From contig CAZZBZ010000005.1 in the NCBI GenBank assembly GCA_964653025.1, positions 3,571-67,570 of the forward strand: a stretch of 64,000 nucleotides of DNA, given 5' to 3'. Both the position numbers and the translations under genes were made by a program. Position 1 is the stretch's first letter. Every line of letters starts with the position of its first letter. This document shows, piece after piece, positions 15,809 to 29,586 of the stretch. The notes below the pieces were generated by a model that saw only the letters and a program-made list of their open reading frames with translations, was not told the DNA's origin and did not search any database. The stretch is from an uncultured Verrucomicrobiota bacterium (GTDB taxonomy: Bacteria > Verrucomicrobiota > Verrucomicrobiia > JABWAM01).

Positions 15809-18186
15809 GGGGTTTTTCGGCGCCGGGGAGGCGCGGGGATGGGACACATGCAGGAGAGACGGGTGCCCCCGTGGCGGCCGGGTTTGATTTGCAGGAAAGC
15901 GCCGATCAGCGAGGCGCGATAGCGCATGATTTCGAGCCCAAGCCCCCGCTTTGATCGGGGGCTTATCGGGAGGCGTTTGCCATCGGCGTTCATGGTGAGA
16001 TGCAGCGCTCCCTTCGCGAGCGCGGCTAAACGGATCGTCACCCGCCGGGCTTTTCCGTGGCGGATCGCGTTGCTCGTCGCTTCCTGCACGATCCTGAAAA
16101 GATGGGTGGCCACGGAATGGTCGTGGACCAGGACCGTGCGAGCAGCGCGAAAGCGACACTCGACACGGAATATGGAGTTCATGGTCATGGCAAACTCGGT
16201 GAGGGCCGACATCAGGCCGTTCGCCTCCGGTTTTACGGGGTGAAGTCCGCGGGCCACGCCGCGCGCCTCCTTAAGGGAGGAGTCCAGGATGATCGAGAGC
16301 CGGTCAAAAGCGCGGGAGTTGGGCGGGGACTCCGTGCGAAGTTCTCGGCTGAGGGCGTCGCACATGAAGCGGAGACCGGTCAGCTTCTGGCACAACCCAT
16401 CGTGCAGGTCCCGGGCGATCCTCCCCTGCTCGTGATCGGCAGCCTGGAGGATTTGTTCCTTCAGTTGCTTGTGTTCGGTGATGTCCTGCACCGTGCCGCG
16501 CAGGGAATGGATCTTCCCCTTGAGCGCGGGCTCCGCCTCGCCCCGAAACATCACCCAAGCCTCCCTGCCATCGTAGCAAGACAGCGCCATCTCCAACTCG
16601 AAAGGCCTTCCGGTGTTTCTGGTCGCCTCGATGGCCGCGTTCAGCCGTTTCCAACTCATCTCGCTCATCAGAGACCGCTGTTCCTCGAAAGGGGGAGGAG
16701 GTTGACCGTGAGGGAGTCCCGTGATGCGGCGGAGTTCCTGCGACCATGAGGCGGTCCCCGTCTTCAGGTTCAGACTCCAACTCCCCAGCTGCGCGAGGCG
16801 CTGGGCTTCCGCGAGCGTCTGCTCGTTGCGACGGAGAACGATCTCGCCTTGTTTGCGCTCGGTGACGTCCTGGGCGGTGCCGCGAAGCCTGAGGACCTTG
16901 CCCTTCCTGTCGTAGACCGGTTCGCAGCGGGCATGGACCCACTTCGCTGGCTTCCCGCGTTGAAGGACCTGCAGGTCCATCTGGAAGGGTTTTCCCGCAC
17001 GGGTTGCGTCACGGAGCGGCGACTCCAGCTGTTTCCATGTCGCCCTGCTGTAGATTCGTGAGCGCTCGTCCATGGTGGGAGGCGGGAGGTTTGGATCGCG
17101 CCCATAGATGCGGTACATCTCGCCGGACCACCGGGTGGTTCCCGTCGCCGTGTCGTAATCCCAACTCCCCACCCTGGCGACGCGCTGGGCTTCGCTGAGT
17201 TCGGTTTCGATGCGCTTGCGGTCGGTGATATCCTGGACCGTCCCCCGAAGTTGGAGCATGCGACCGTCGGGGCCGAACTCCGCCTCCGAGCGGATCGAGA
17301 TCCACTTAATCTCACACCGATCGGTGAGAAGCTCCGTGTCCATCACGTAGGTGGGGTCGAGGGGGGTTCGGCTTGTGGCCAGCTTCACCAGGCGATCCCA
17401 GTCCTTTGGGGCGTAGAAGCGGGCGTGTTCCTCAAAGGAGGGGGGTGGGAGACGGCGGTCGTGGCCGGTGATCCGGTAAAGCTCCTCGGTCCAGTGGGTC
17501 GTATCCGTGGTTGCATCCCACAAAAAGCTTCCAATCCCTGCCACCCGCTGGGCCTCGTTCAGCTCGCGTTCCCTCTCGCGGAGGGCGGTCTCGATCCTCC
17601 TGCGCTCCGTGATGTCCGTGAGCATGCCCAGCACCCCGTTGTACCGGCCATCGACATCCCGGGTCGGGGTGCAGGAGCAGATGAGCCAGAGGTTGGCCCC
17701 ATCCCTCTTCCGAAATCGAAAATCGAAGGTGGATGCCGCGCCCGCCTCGATTTGCTTCAGGCGGGACCGGGCCGCGGCGTGGTCTTCCGGGTGGATGAAA
17801 TCGAAAATGGGCCTTCCCAGGACCTCGTCCGTGGCATACCCGAACATCTCGGCCATCCGCGCGTTGAGGAATACGACGGCCGCCTCGGCGTTGAGCATGC
17901 CGATCCCCTCCTGCGCGGTTTCCACCACCAGGCGGTAGCGCTCGGCGCTTTCCCTCGAGGCGCGCTTCCCGGCGGCGCGCGCATGGGCTCCGCTTGGGAA
18001 AAGGAGGTCCTTCCAGTGCTCGGCCAAGGGCGCGCCGCCCTTGACGAGCGCCACCAGGCTCTGCTTTTCGGAAGCGGTCAGCGGGGTCATTCGTGAACCG
18101 TGCAACGCTTCCGGTCGGGGGAACTCCGCCGCCGCGGCGGGGAACCGGACCGGGGCGGGAGGCAGCGTATCGCGTGCGAGGCTCAA
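15805..18186 (-). CDS. multi-PAS sensor histidine kinase (about 4 PAS, HisKA_3, HATPase_c)
   Basis: Repeated PAS_3-like blocks (AQRVAGIGSFLWD.., AQRVARVGSWDYD.., AQRLAQLGSWSLN..), H-box DHEQGRIARDLHDGLCQKLTGL, and C-terminal ATPase RRVTIRL..GLGLEIMRYRA. The exact start is uncertain. Confidence 0.85.
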   Translation of the reverse strand: MSLARDTLPPAPVRFPAAAAEFPRPEALHGSRMTPLTASEKQSLVALVKGGAPLAEHWKDLLFPSGAHARAAGKRASRESAERYRLVVETAQEGIGMLNAEAAVVFLNARMAEMFGYATDEVLGRPIFDFIHPEDHAAARSRLKQIEAGAASTFDFRFRKRDGANLWLICSCTPTRDVDGRYNGVLGMLTDITERRRIETALRERERELNEAQRVAGIGSFLWDATTDTTHWTEELYRITGHDRRLPPPSFEEHARFYAPKDWDRLVKLATSRTPLDPTYVMDTELLTDRCEIKWISIRSEAEFGPDGRMLQLRGTVQDITDRKRIETELSEAQRVARVGSWDYDTATGTTRWSGEMYRIYGRDPNLPPPTMDERSRIYSRATWKQLESPLRDATRAGKPFQMDLQVLQRGKPAKWVHARCEPVYDRKGKVLRLRGTAQDVTERKQGEIVLRRNEQTLAEAQRLAQLGSWSLNLKTGTASWSQELRRITGLPHGQPPPPFEEQRSLMSEMSWKRLNAAIEATRNTGRPFELEMALSCYDGREAWVMFRGEAEPALKGKIHSLRGTVQDITEHKQLKEQILQAADHEQGRIARDLHDGLCQKLTGLRFMCDALSRELRTESPPNSRAFDRLSIILDSSLKEARGVARGLHPVKPEANGLMSALTEFAMTMNSIFRVECRFRAARTVLVHDHSVATHLFRIVQEATSNAIRHGKARRVTIRLAALAKGALHLTMNADGKRLPISPRSKRGLGLEIMRYRASLIGAFLQIKPGRHGGTRLSCMCPIPAPPRRRKTP

Positions 18187-18207
18187 TGAGAAGCCTTCCG
18201 TGGGGGG

Positions 18208-18606
18208 TCAGGCGGGTGAGGGTGCCTGGACGGGGACGACGCACCCCTCGATGCAGGCCAGGAGTTCCTCCTCGTTGGCCAGCTTCCGGATGAAGCGGTA
18301 ACCCCCGCTCATCGTGGGGGTGTCGCGGGCCTCCTTCTTGGCGACCAGCGAGGTGACGAAGACCACCGGGATCTGACGGAGCTTCGGCTCGGCGCGCAAG
18401 CGCGTGGCGACGTCGCCCCCGTCCAGGCCCGGCATGACCACGTCGAGAAGGATGAGGTCGGGCATCACCTCCATGGCGCGGTTGACGCTTCGAACGGAGA
18501 TGTTCTCCGTGTGAACCTCGTACCGTCCCGTGGTTTCGAGGAGGCGCTTCATCATGCGCGTGTACGTGGGTTCGTCGTCGATGATGAGGATTCGTTTGGT
18601 GTTCAT
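18208..18606 (-). CDS. single-domain CheY-like response regulator
   Basis: 132 aa. ILIIDDEP, DLILLDVVMPGLDG, VVFVTS. Its ATG overlaps the upstream hybrid kinase stop (ATGA at 18603-18606). Confidence 0.85.
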   Translation of the reverse strand: MNTKRILIIDDEPTYTRMMKRLLETTGRYEVHTENISVRSVNRAMEVMPDLILLDVVMPGLDGGDVATRLRAEPKLRQIPVVFVTSLVAKKEARDTPTMSGGYRFIRKLANEEELLACIEGCVVPVQAPSPA

Positions 18607-20246
18607 GGTTTGGATTTCTCGTTAAGGGCGAAAGCCAGGGTGGCCCGCACCCCGCCGTCGGGGCGGTTTTGCAGGTCCAGGATGCCCCCGTGCAGCTCCA
18701 CAATGGTTTTGCAGACCGCCAGGCCCAGTCCGGTGCCCTTGCCGTTGGGTTTTGTGGTGAAGAAGGGCTCCCCGATTTGCGTGAGGATGTTCTCGGGGAT
18801 CCCCGTCCCGCTGTCCTCGATTTCAGCGCAGAGAACGAGGTCGCCCACCTCAAGGTGGCGGAGTTTCTTTCCCGCGGGGCTTTTCCTGAAGTCAACAAGG
18901 GGGCGGGCGGAAGTGCGCATCCTCAATATCCCTCCATCCGGCATTGCGTCCGCGGCATTCTCGAAGAGGTTGAGAAACACCTCGGAGATTTTCTGGGAGT
19001 CGAAGGGCACGGCGGGGAGGTCCGCCACGAGGTCGGTTTCCACGGTGATCCTTCGGCGGAGGAACTCGTGGTGCATGAGCCTCAGGGCCTGCCTCACGAG
19101 GCCGTTCAGGTCGTGGCTGTCGGCGACGATCTGCCGCGGCACGGAAAAATCCAGCAGGCCCCGCATGATCCCGTCGGCCTGCTGGATCGACTCCTTCATG
19201 TCCGCGAGGACCTCGGAGACCTCGGCATCCCGGCCCGGGGTAAGCCGCATGAGAAGCTCTACCCCGCGCAGGACGATGGAGAGGGGATTCTTGACCTCGT
19301 GGGCCACGCTTGCGGCGAGGCGCCCCACGATCTTGAGTTTCTCGGCCTCCACGAGGTAGAGCTGCGCGTTTTGCAGCTCGACGTGGGCCTTCCTGAGCTC
19401 GTCGAGGGTGCGCTGCAACTCATCCTTGCTCGTCCGCAGATCCTCGTTGGCCCGAGCGACCCGGGTCTCCGCCTCCTTGATGTCCGTGATGTCGCGGTTG
19501 ACGCCGACCGTCCCGAGGATGTGCCCGTGGCGGTCGCGGAAGGGCGCCTTGCTGGTGACGACCCAGTGCGCCCTGCCCTCGTTGTCGCGGAGGAGGGATT
19601 CCCGGTCCATGAGCATCCTTCCCGTCCTCACGATTTCCAGGTCCTCTTCCAGGAAGCCCTGCGCGTTTTTCTGCTGGAACAGGTCCGAATCGGTTTTTCC
19701 GTAGAGGGCCTCGGGTTCCGAGACGCCGAAAAAGCGGGCGACGGGGCGGTTGGCGAGCATGAAGCGGCACTCGCGGTCCTTCACGTAGACCTCCACGGGC
19801 ATGGCCTCGATGACCGCGTGGAGAAGGTCCCGTTCCCAGCGCAACTCCTCCCGTATGCGGGCCCGCTCGATCGCGTGGCGAATCGTGCGCCACATCGTGG
19901 AGTAGTCCACGCGGCCCTTGACGACGTAATCCTCGGCCCCTTCCTGGAGGGCGCGGAGGGCCGCCTCCTCGTCGTCCATGCCGCTCAGGACGATGATCGG
20001 CGTGGCCCCGGCCCATGCCTTCGCCTTGGTGAAGGTCTCAAGTCCCTGGGAATCCGGCAGCCCGAGGTCGAGCAGGATCAGGTCGTAGCGGACGGATTCC
20101 AGGAGTTTCATGGCCTCCGAAAGGCTTCCCGCCGAGTCGACTTCACACGCGCCGGAGGTCGTTTCCCTGAGCAGTTCCTTCAGGAGCGTCGCCTGGGCGG
20201 GGTCGTCCTCGATGTAAAGGACGCGGTTGGGGACGAGGTTGGGCAT
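18603..20246 (-). CDS. hybrid REC-PAS-HisKA-HATPase histidine kinase
   Basis: N-terminal receiver (VLYIEDDP, DLILLDLGLPD, IIVLSG), PAS, coiled coil, H-box SVAHEVKNPLS, and G-boxes DSGTGIP / GKGTGLGLAV. Confidence 0.85.
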   Translation of the reverse strand: MPNLVPNRVLYIEDDPAQATLLKELLRETTSGACEVDSAGSLSEAMKLLESVRYDLILLDLGLPDSQGLETFTKAKAWAGATPIIVLSGMDDEEAALRALQEGAEDYVVKGRVDYSTMWRTIRHAIERARIREELRWERDLLHAVIEAMPVEVYVKDRECRFMLANRPVARFFGVSEPEALYGKTDSDLFQQKNAQGFLEEDLEIVRTGRMLMDRESLLRDNEGRAHWVVTSKAPFRDRHGHILGTVGVNRDITDIKEAETRVARANEDLRTSKDELQRTLDELRKAHVELQNAQLYLVEAEKLKIVGRLAASVAHEVKNPLSIVLRGVELLMRLTPGRDAEVSEVLADMKESIQQADGIMRGLLDFSVPRQIVADSHDLNGLVRQALRLMHHEFLRRRITVETDLVADLPAVPFDSQKISEVFLNLFENAADAMPDGGILRMRTSARPLVDFRKSPAGKKLRHLEVGDLVLCAEIEDSGTGIPENILTQIGEPFFTTKPNGKGTGLGLAVCKTIVELHGGILDLQNRPDGGVRATLAFALNEKSKP

Positions 20247-20256
20247 AGGGGGAGGG

Positions 20257-20696
20257 TTAGGGAAGTTTCACGACGCTGAACCAGAAGTCCTGGATGCTTT
20301 TCACGACGCGGACGAACTGCTCGAAGTCCACGGGCTTGGTGATGTAGCAGTTCGCGTTGAGATTGTAGGCGCGCAGCACATCCTCCTCCGCGCTGGAGGT
20401 GGTGAGGACGACGATCGGAATCCGGTGAAGGTCGGGGTCGGCCTTGATTTCCGCGAGGACCTCGCGCCCGTCTTTCCGGGGCAGGTTCAAATCAAGGAGG
20501 ACGAGGTCGGGACGCGGGGCGTTCGCGTACTTTCCCGTCTTGCGGAGGTAGGCGATCGCCTCCTCGCCGTCCCCGACGATCCCGACGTGGTTGTGCATCT
20601 TGTTTTCCTTGAGGACCTCCATGGCGAGGCGCACGTCGGCGGGATTGTCCTCGACCATGAGGATCTCGATTTCCTTGACGCCGAGGGAGTTGGTTT

Positions 20697-20700
<4 letters not shown>
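20257..20700 (-). CDS. single-domain response regulator (Rcp1-like)
   Basis: Start at the internal MKTNSL (ATG 20698-20700), an ATGA overlap with the upstream kinase stop. [35 protein letters not shown]. Confidence 0.85.
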
Positions 20701-22901
<2,201 letters not shown>

Positions 22902-22936
22902 GGCTCGCGTTTCCGAAGCAGGATGGCCGCGTGCCG

Positions 22937-23092
22937 ATGATCACTGACGGAGTGGCGAGCCTGCTCGGGGGAATCGGGATTGTAGTCGTGGCAATCAACA
23001 TCTCCCTGGCGTTGTTCATCGCATGGCATCTTGCCATCGAGGTCAGGAGCCGTAGAAAGGCCGACCCTGGCCGGGATCGCAAGAAAGCGTGA
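22937..23092 (+). CDS. possible small single-pass membrane protein (51 aa)
   Basis: The internal ATG of ORF 22817..23092 gives MITDGVASLLGGIGIVVVAINISLALFIAWHLAIEV followed by a basic tail. No family match and a weak RBS. Confidence 0.3.
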   Translation: MITDGVASLLGGIGIVVVAINISLALFIAWHLAIEVRSRRKADPGRDRKKA

Positions 23093-23144
23093 CGCCTACG
23101 GACAACTCCGCCGGCTGACGGGCGCGAGGGTCGGCCGCCGCGGG

Positions 23145-23870
23145 TCACCTCATCGCTGCATAGACGCGGTGGACGTCGTCGTGCTCGTCGAGCGCGTTGA
23201 GGAACGCGGTGACCTCCGCCCGCTTCGGCTCGGGGACCTCCACGGGGTCCTTGGCGACGTAGCTCATCTCGGAGGCGGTGACCGTCCACTTCGCGGCGGC
23301 GAGGAACTTGCCCACCGCGTCGAGGTCGGCCCGGTCGCACGAGAAGCGTGCGCCGGCATGCCCCGCGGGGATGTCTTCCGACTCCAGCGGCTCGACGCCC
23401 TGGGCGCCCGCCTCGATCGCCACGGCCTCGAGGTCCAGGCCCTTCTCGGCGGAGCAATGGGCCTCGACGATCCCCACGTGATTGAACATCCAGCCGACGC
23501 TCCCGATCGCGCCGAGCTGGCCGTCCTTGAAGAGAACGCGGATCTCGGGCGCCGTGCGGTTGCGGTTGTCGGTGAGGCACTCGACGATCACGGGGACCTT
23601 GTGGGGGGCGAACCCTTCGTAAGTGACGGTCTCGTAGTTGATCGTCTCCCCCGTGAGCCCGGCGCCGCGCTTCACGGCGCGTTCGATGGTCTCCCGCGGG
23701 ACGGACTGCTTCCGGGCTGCCTCGAGGGCGGCATAGAGGCGTGCGTTGAGATCGGGATCGGGGCCTCCCGCCTTGGCGGCGACGAGGATTTCCTTCACGA
23801 GCTTTCCGAAGAGCTGGCCGCGCTTGAGTGCGCTCAACTCCCGCCATTTCTGTTTCCACTGGGCTCCCAT
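23145..23870 (-). CDS. yebC: YebC/PmpR-family DNA-binding transcriptional regulator
   Basis: MGAQWKQKWRELSALKRGQLFGKL..AAKAGGPDPDLNARL..A..A....P...IERA matches the YebC N-terminus. Start set at M12 of the listed ORF (ATG 23868-23870); 23903 is an alternative. Confidence 0.85.
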   Translation of the reverse strand: MGAQWKQKWRELSALKRGQLFGKLVKEILVAAKAGGPDPDLNARLYAALEAARKQSVPRETIERAVKRGAGLTGETINYETVTYEGFAPHKVPVIVECLTDNRNRTAPEIRVLFKDGQLGAIGSVGWMFNHVGIVEAHCSAEKGLDLEAVAIEAGAQGVEPLESEDIPAGHAGARFSCDRADLDAVGKFLAAAKWTVTASEMSYVAKDPVEVPEPKRAEVTAFLNALDEHDDVHRVYAAMR

Positions 23871-24024
23871 GGGAGTCGCATTCTTGCGCCAGGCCATGCC
23901 CAAACCAAGGCGGAATCGAGGCTGCTGGAGGCTTGGCTACCTCAAATAGCGGGGCGTCGAGCAGCTCGGTCGCGGCAGGCAGGAGGGCGAAATGAACCCC
24001 GCAAAACCTTCATCGATTCGATTC

Positions 24025-24360
24025 CTACCGGGCAGGAGACCGTGTTTCGGTGGCGATCCAGCGGAGGTAGGCGGCGAGGCCGCCCTCCGCGCGGAGGACG
24101 AGGATCTCGGGGACTTCATACGGGTGCGCTTCCGCGATCGCACGGACGAGCGCCTTCGCCCGCACACGAGAGGTCTTGAAGGTCATTGCAACCTCCTTCG
24201 CCCGCTCGAGTTTTCCCTTCCACCAGTAGTGCGACTCGCCGCGCGGGGCGAGGTGGACGCAGGCAGCCATGCGCTTCGCGAGCACGACACGCGCGATGCT
24301 CCGCGCAACGACTACGGAGGGCGCGGTCGAAAGCACGAGACAGGCGTCGTCCTTCATCAT
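24025..24360 (-). CDS. cutA: divalent-cation tolerance protein CutA
   Basis: 111 aa. ..AACVHL.P...S.YWWKGKLE...E......KT.......L...I...HPYEVPEI pattern typical of CutA1. Confidence 0.8.
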   Translation of the reverse strand: MMKDDACLVLSTAPSVVVARSIARVVLAKRMAACVHLAPRGESHYWWKGKLERAKEVAMTFKTSRVRAKALVRAIAEAHPYEVPEILVLRAEGGLAAYLRWIATETRSPAR

Positions 24361-24401
24361 CCCCTACCGTCCGTGTTTCATCCGTGGCTTCCCCACGGAA
24401 A

Positions 24402-25361
24402 TCACAGCTTCGCCATGAAACTGTGAATGGCGTCCGTCACCCCCGGAAGACCCTCGTGGCCGAAGTCGGGGTAGATCACCATGTCCTTCTTCGAGGTGAT
24501 CTTATTGTAGGCGGCAAACTGCGTGGAGGGCGGGCAGATCGCGTCCATGAGGCCCGTGAACATGAGGACCTCGGCACGGATGCGCTTGGCGAGGTGCTGG
24601 CAGTCGATGTAGCCAAGGCGATTCCAGATCTCGTCCTCTCGCTCGTGGCGGGGATCGAACCAGCGCATGAACTCACGGAGTTCCTGGTAGGCGTCCTTGG
24701 CGAGGTCCATGTCCCAGGTACGCTTGTAGTCGCAAAGGAAGGGAAAGACGGGCGCCGCGAGCTTGATCGAGGGCTCGAGCGAGACGCAGGCAAGGGTGAG
24801 CCCCCCACCCTGCGAACCGCCGGTGGCACCGACGCGCTTCGGGTCCACCTCGGGCATGGCCATCACAATCCGTGCAAGCTGCGCGGTGTCGAGGTAGATC
24901 TGCCGGAAGGCCAGCTTCTCCGGGGCGTCGTCGAGCCCACGGACAATGTGGCCGCGGAGGGTGCCTCCCTTCACGGAGCCGAGGTCCTCGGAGAGCCCGG
25001 CCTGGCCGCGGCAATCAAGCGCGGCAACCGCGAATCCCTGCGAGACCCAGGCGAGCTTATCAAACCAGTCGCCCGAACTGCCACTGTAGCCATGGAAAAT
25101 GAGGACGGCGGGAAGCTTTCCCTTCGCGCCTTTCGGGCGCAGAAACTTGGCGTGGACGCGCGAGCCACCCACCCCCGTGAAGAAGAGGTGGAAGCACTCG
25201 GCGCCGGCGGCCTTGAAGGCGGCGGGCCTCAGTTCCACCTTCGGGTCGAGGGAGCGCATCTCGGCAAGGGAGCGATCCCAAAAGGCATCCATGTCCTTCG
25301 GACAGGGATTGACTCCGTTGTACTGCTTCAGTTCGGCGAGCGGTTTATCGATGAGGGGCAT
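24402..25361 (-). CDS. acetylxylan esterase / cephalosporin-C deacetylase (CE7 family)
   Basis: 319 aa. N-terminal PKDMDAFWDRSL, oxyanion HGYSG, nucleophile elbow GGSQGGGL, and C-terminal YPDFGHE. Confidence 0.8.
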   Translation of the reverse strand: MPLIDKPLAELKQYNGVNPCPKDMDAFWDRSLAEMRSLDPKVELRPAAFKAAGAECFHLFFTGVGGSRVHAKFLRPKGAKGKLPAVLIFHGYSGSSGDWFDKLAWVSQGFAVAALDCRGQAGLSEDLGSVKGGTLRGHIVRGLDDAPEKLAFRQIYLDTAQLARIVMAMPEVDPKRVGATGGSQGGGLTLACVSLEPSIKLAAPVFPFLCDYKRTWDMDLAKDAYQELREFMRWFDPRHEREDEIWNRLGYIDCQHLAKRIRAEVLMFTGLMDAICPPSTQFAAYNKITSKKDMVIYPDFGHEGLPGVTDAIHSFMAKL

Positions 25362-25470
25362 GCGAAGGATTCAAAAGCAGTCTCGCCTCAATGACAAATC
25401 GTTTTCTCATTCCCGCAGGGGCGGGCGAGGGGCGCAGGATGGTTTGACGAGCAAGAGCGCCGCTTGACTG

Positions 25471-27957
<2,487 letters not shown>

Positions 27958-28052
27958 GGAGAGGGCAAGCCCTACCAGAAAGCGCCCGCGAAATCCAACC
28001 CCGCAAAAAGCTGTTGGCAAGCCGCACTCCTCCGCCCCAGACTCCATCCCTC

Positions 28053-28718
28053 ATGCGACGCAACTTCAGCCCCAACCCGATGGCCCTCGCGCTCCCGCTT
28101 CTTCGCTGGATGGCCCTCTTTGCCATCGTCGGCGCCGCCGGGCACTTTTGGGCTCTCTTCTGGGCCGCCCTTGCCCTTGGCGTCTTCCACGCCGCCTTCC
28201 ACCGCAACACACGCCGCCACCCCCCTTCCGACCCATCAACCCTCGCCTCCCCCGCCTTCGGCCACGTGGCCGACATCTCCGAGGTGGAAGAGCCCTCCTT
28301 CCTCAAGGGACGCGCGCTCCGCATCGGGATCTTCCTCTCCGTCTTCGACACCCATACCCAGCCCGCCCCGTGCGACGCACGCCTCGTCCGGGTGGATTAC
28401 CGCCCCGGGAAGTTTCTCGACGCCCGCGATGCGCATGCCTCTGATCGCAACGAAAGCCAGTTCCTCGGGCTGGAGACTCCCGATGGTCGCCACCTCGCCG
28501 TGCGCCAGATCGCCGGACTCATCGCCCGCCGCATCGTCCTCTGGAGATTGGTGGACGAGGAGGTCCGCGCCGGCGAACTCCTCGGGATGATCCGTTACGG
28601 CTCCCGCGTGGAACTCTATCTCCCCGCCGGGAAGGCCACCGCGCTCGTGAAGGTCGGCGACCGCGTCCGCGGCGGCACCACCCCCATCGCCGCATGGTCC
28701 CGCGACGCGAAAGCTTGA
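28053..28718 (+). CDS. psd: phosphatidylserine decarboxylase family protein (short, membrane-anchored type)
   Basis: Start at the internal MRRNFS (ATG 28053). Two TM helices, then SPAFGHVADI..IFLSVFDTH.QPAP..A....V.Y.PGKFLDA and the self-cleavage-type YGSRVELYLP. Confidence 0.7.
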   Translation: MRRNFSPNPMALALPLLRWMALFAIVGAAGHFWALFWAALALGVFHAAFHRNTRRHPPSDPSTLASPAFGHVADISEVEEPSFLKGRALRIGIFLSVFDTHTQPAPCDARLVRVDYRPGKFLDARDAHASDRNESQFLGLETPDGRHLAVRQIAGLIARRIVLWRLVDEEVRAGELLGMIRYGSRVELYLPAGKATALVKVGDRVRGGTTPIAAWSRDAKA

Positions 28719-29575
28719 GCAGGCGCTTCCTTCCCCGCGGCGCAGCCGTCGCCTGGGCGCTCCTCACGGTGCTTCTGCTTGCCGCCTGCTACACCGTCCC
28801 AAAAACAGGGCGGTCTTCCTTCAACTTCATGTCGGCCGGCGACGAGGCTCGCCTCGGCCTCTCCTCCTTCGAGGAAATCAAACGCCGGGAGAAGGTCTCC
28901 GGCGACGCCGCCCGGGGAGCACTCGTCCAGCGCGTCGGCCAGCGGATCGCCACCGCTGCCGCGGAGGATATCCCGGTCGCAAAATGGGAGTTTGTCCTCT
29001 TCGAGAACGCCGAGCCAAATGCCTTCGCTCTTCCCGGCGGCAAGGTCGGGGTCTACACGGGCATCCTGCCGATCACCCGCGACGAAGCGGGGCTCGCCGC
29101 CGTGTTGGGCCACGAGGTGGCCCACGTCGCCGCACGCCACGGCGGGGAAAGGATCAGCCAGCAGCTCGCGATCGCCGGGATCGCCACCGGCCTGGCCGTC
29201 AGTCTCCACCAGGAAGATCCGGGGCTTCGCAACCTCGTACTCGTCGGCTTCGGCGTCGGCACGACGCTCGCCGCCGTGCTGCCGCACAGCCGAATGCAGG
29301 AAAGCGAAGCCGACCGCATCGGCCTCGTCTATATGGCGAAGGCGGGCTACCCGCCCGAGGAGGCCGTCGGGTTCTGGGAACGTTTTGCCGAGTACCACCG
29401 CACGCACGGCGGTAAGCCCCCCGCATTCCTCTCAACCCACCCGACCGACGAGAAACGTATCGCCGACCTGCGCGCCCTCGTCCCCGAAGCCCGTCGCTAC
29501 TATGCCGGTCCGCACGCGGACGCCTCCCCTTCCGCCCCATCGACCACACCCGCCTCCACGGGGCCCTCAAAATAG
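28694..29575 (+). CDS. M48-family zinc metallopeptidase lipoprotein
   Basis: Lipobox LLLAAC, NAFALPGGKVGVYTGIL, HEVAHVAARH and ESEADRIGL. Overlaps the psd 3' end by 25 nt. Confidence 0.85.
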   Translation: MVPRRESLSRRFLPRGAAVAWALLTVLLLAACYTVPKTGRSSFNFMSAGDEARLGLSSFEEIKRREKVSGDAARGALVQRVGQRIATAAAEDIPVAKWEFVLFENAEPNAFALPGGKVGVYTGILPITRDEAGLAAVLGHEVAHVAARHGGERISQQLAIAGIATGLAVSLHQEDPGLRNLVLVGFGVGTTLAAVLPHSRMQESEADRIGLVYMAKAGYPPEEAVGFWERFAEYHRTHGGKPPAFLSTHPTDEKRIADLRALVPEARRYYAGPHADASPSAPSTTPASTGPSK

Positions 29576-29586
29576 CCCAACCGTTG

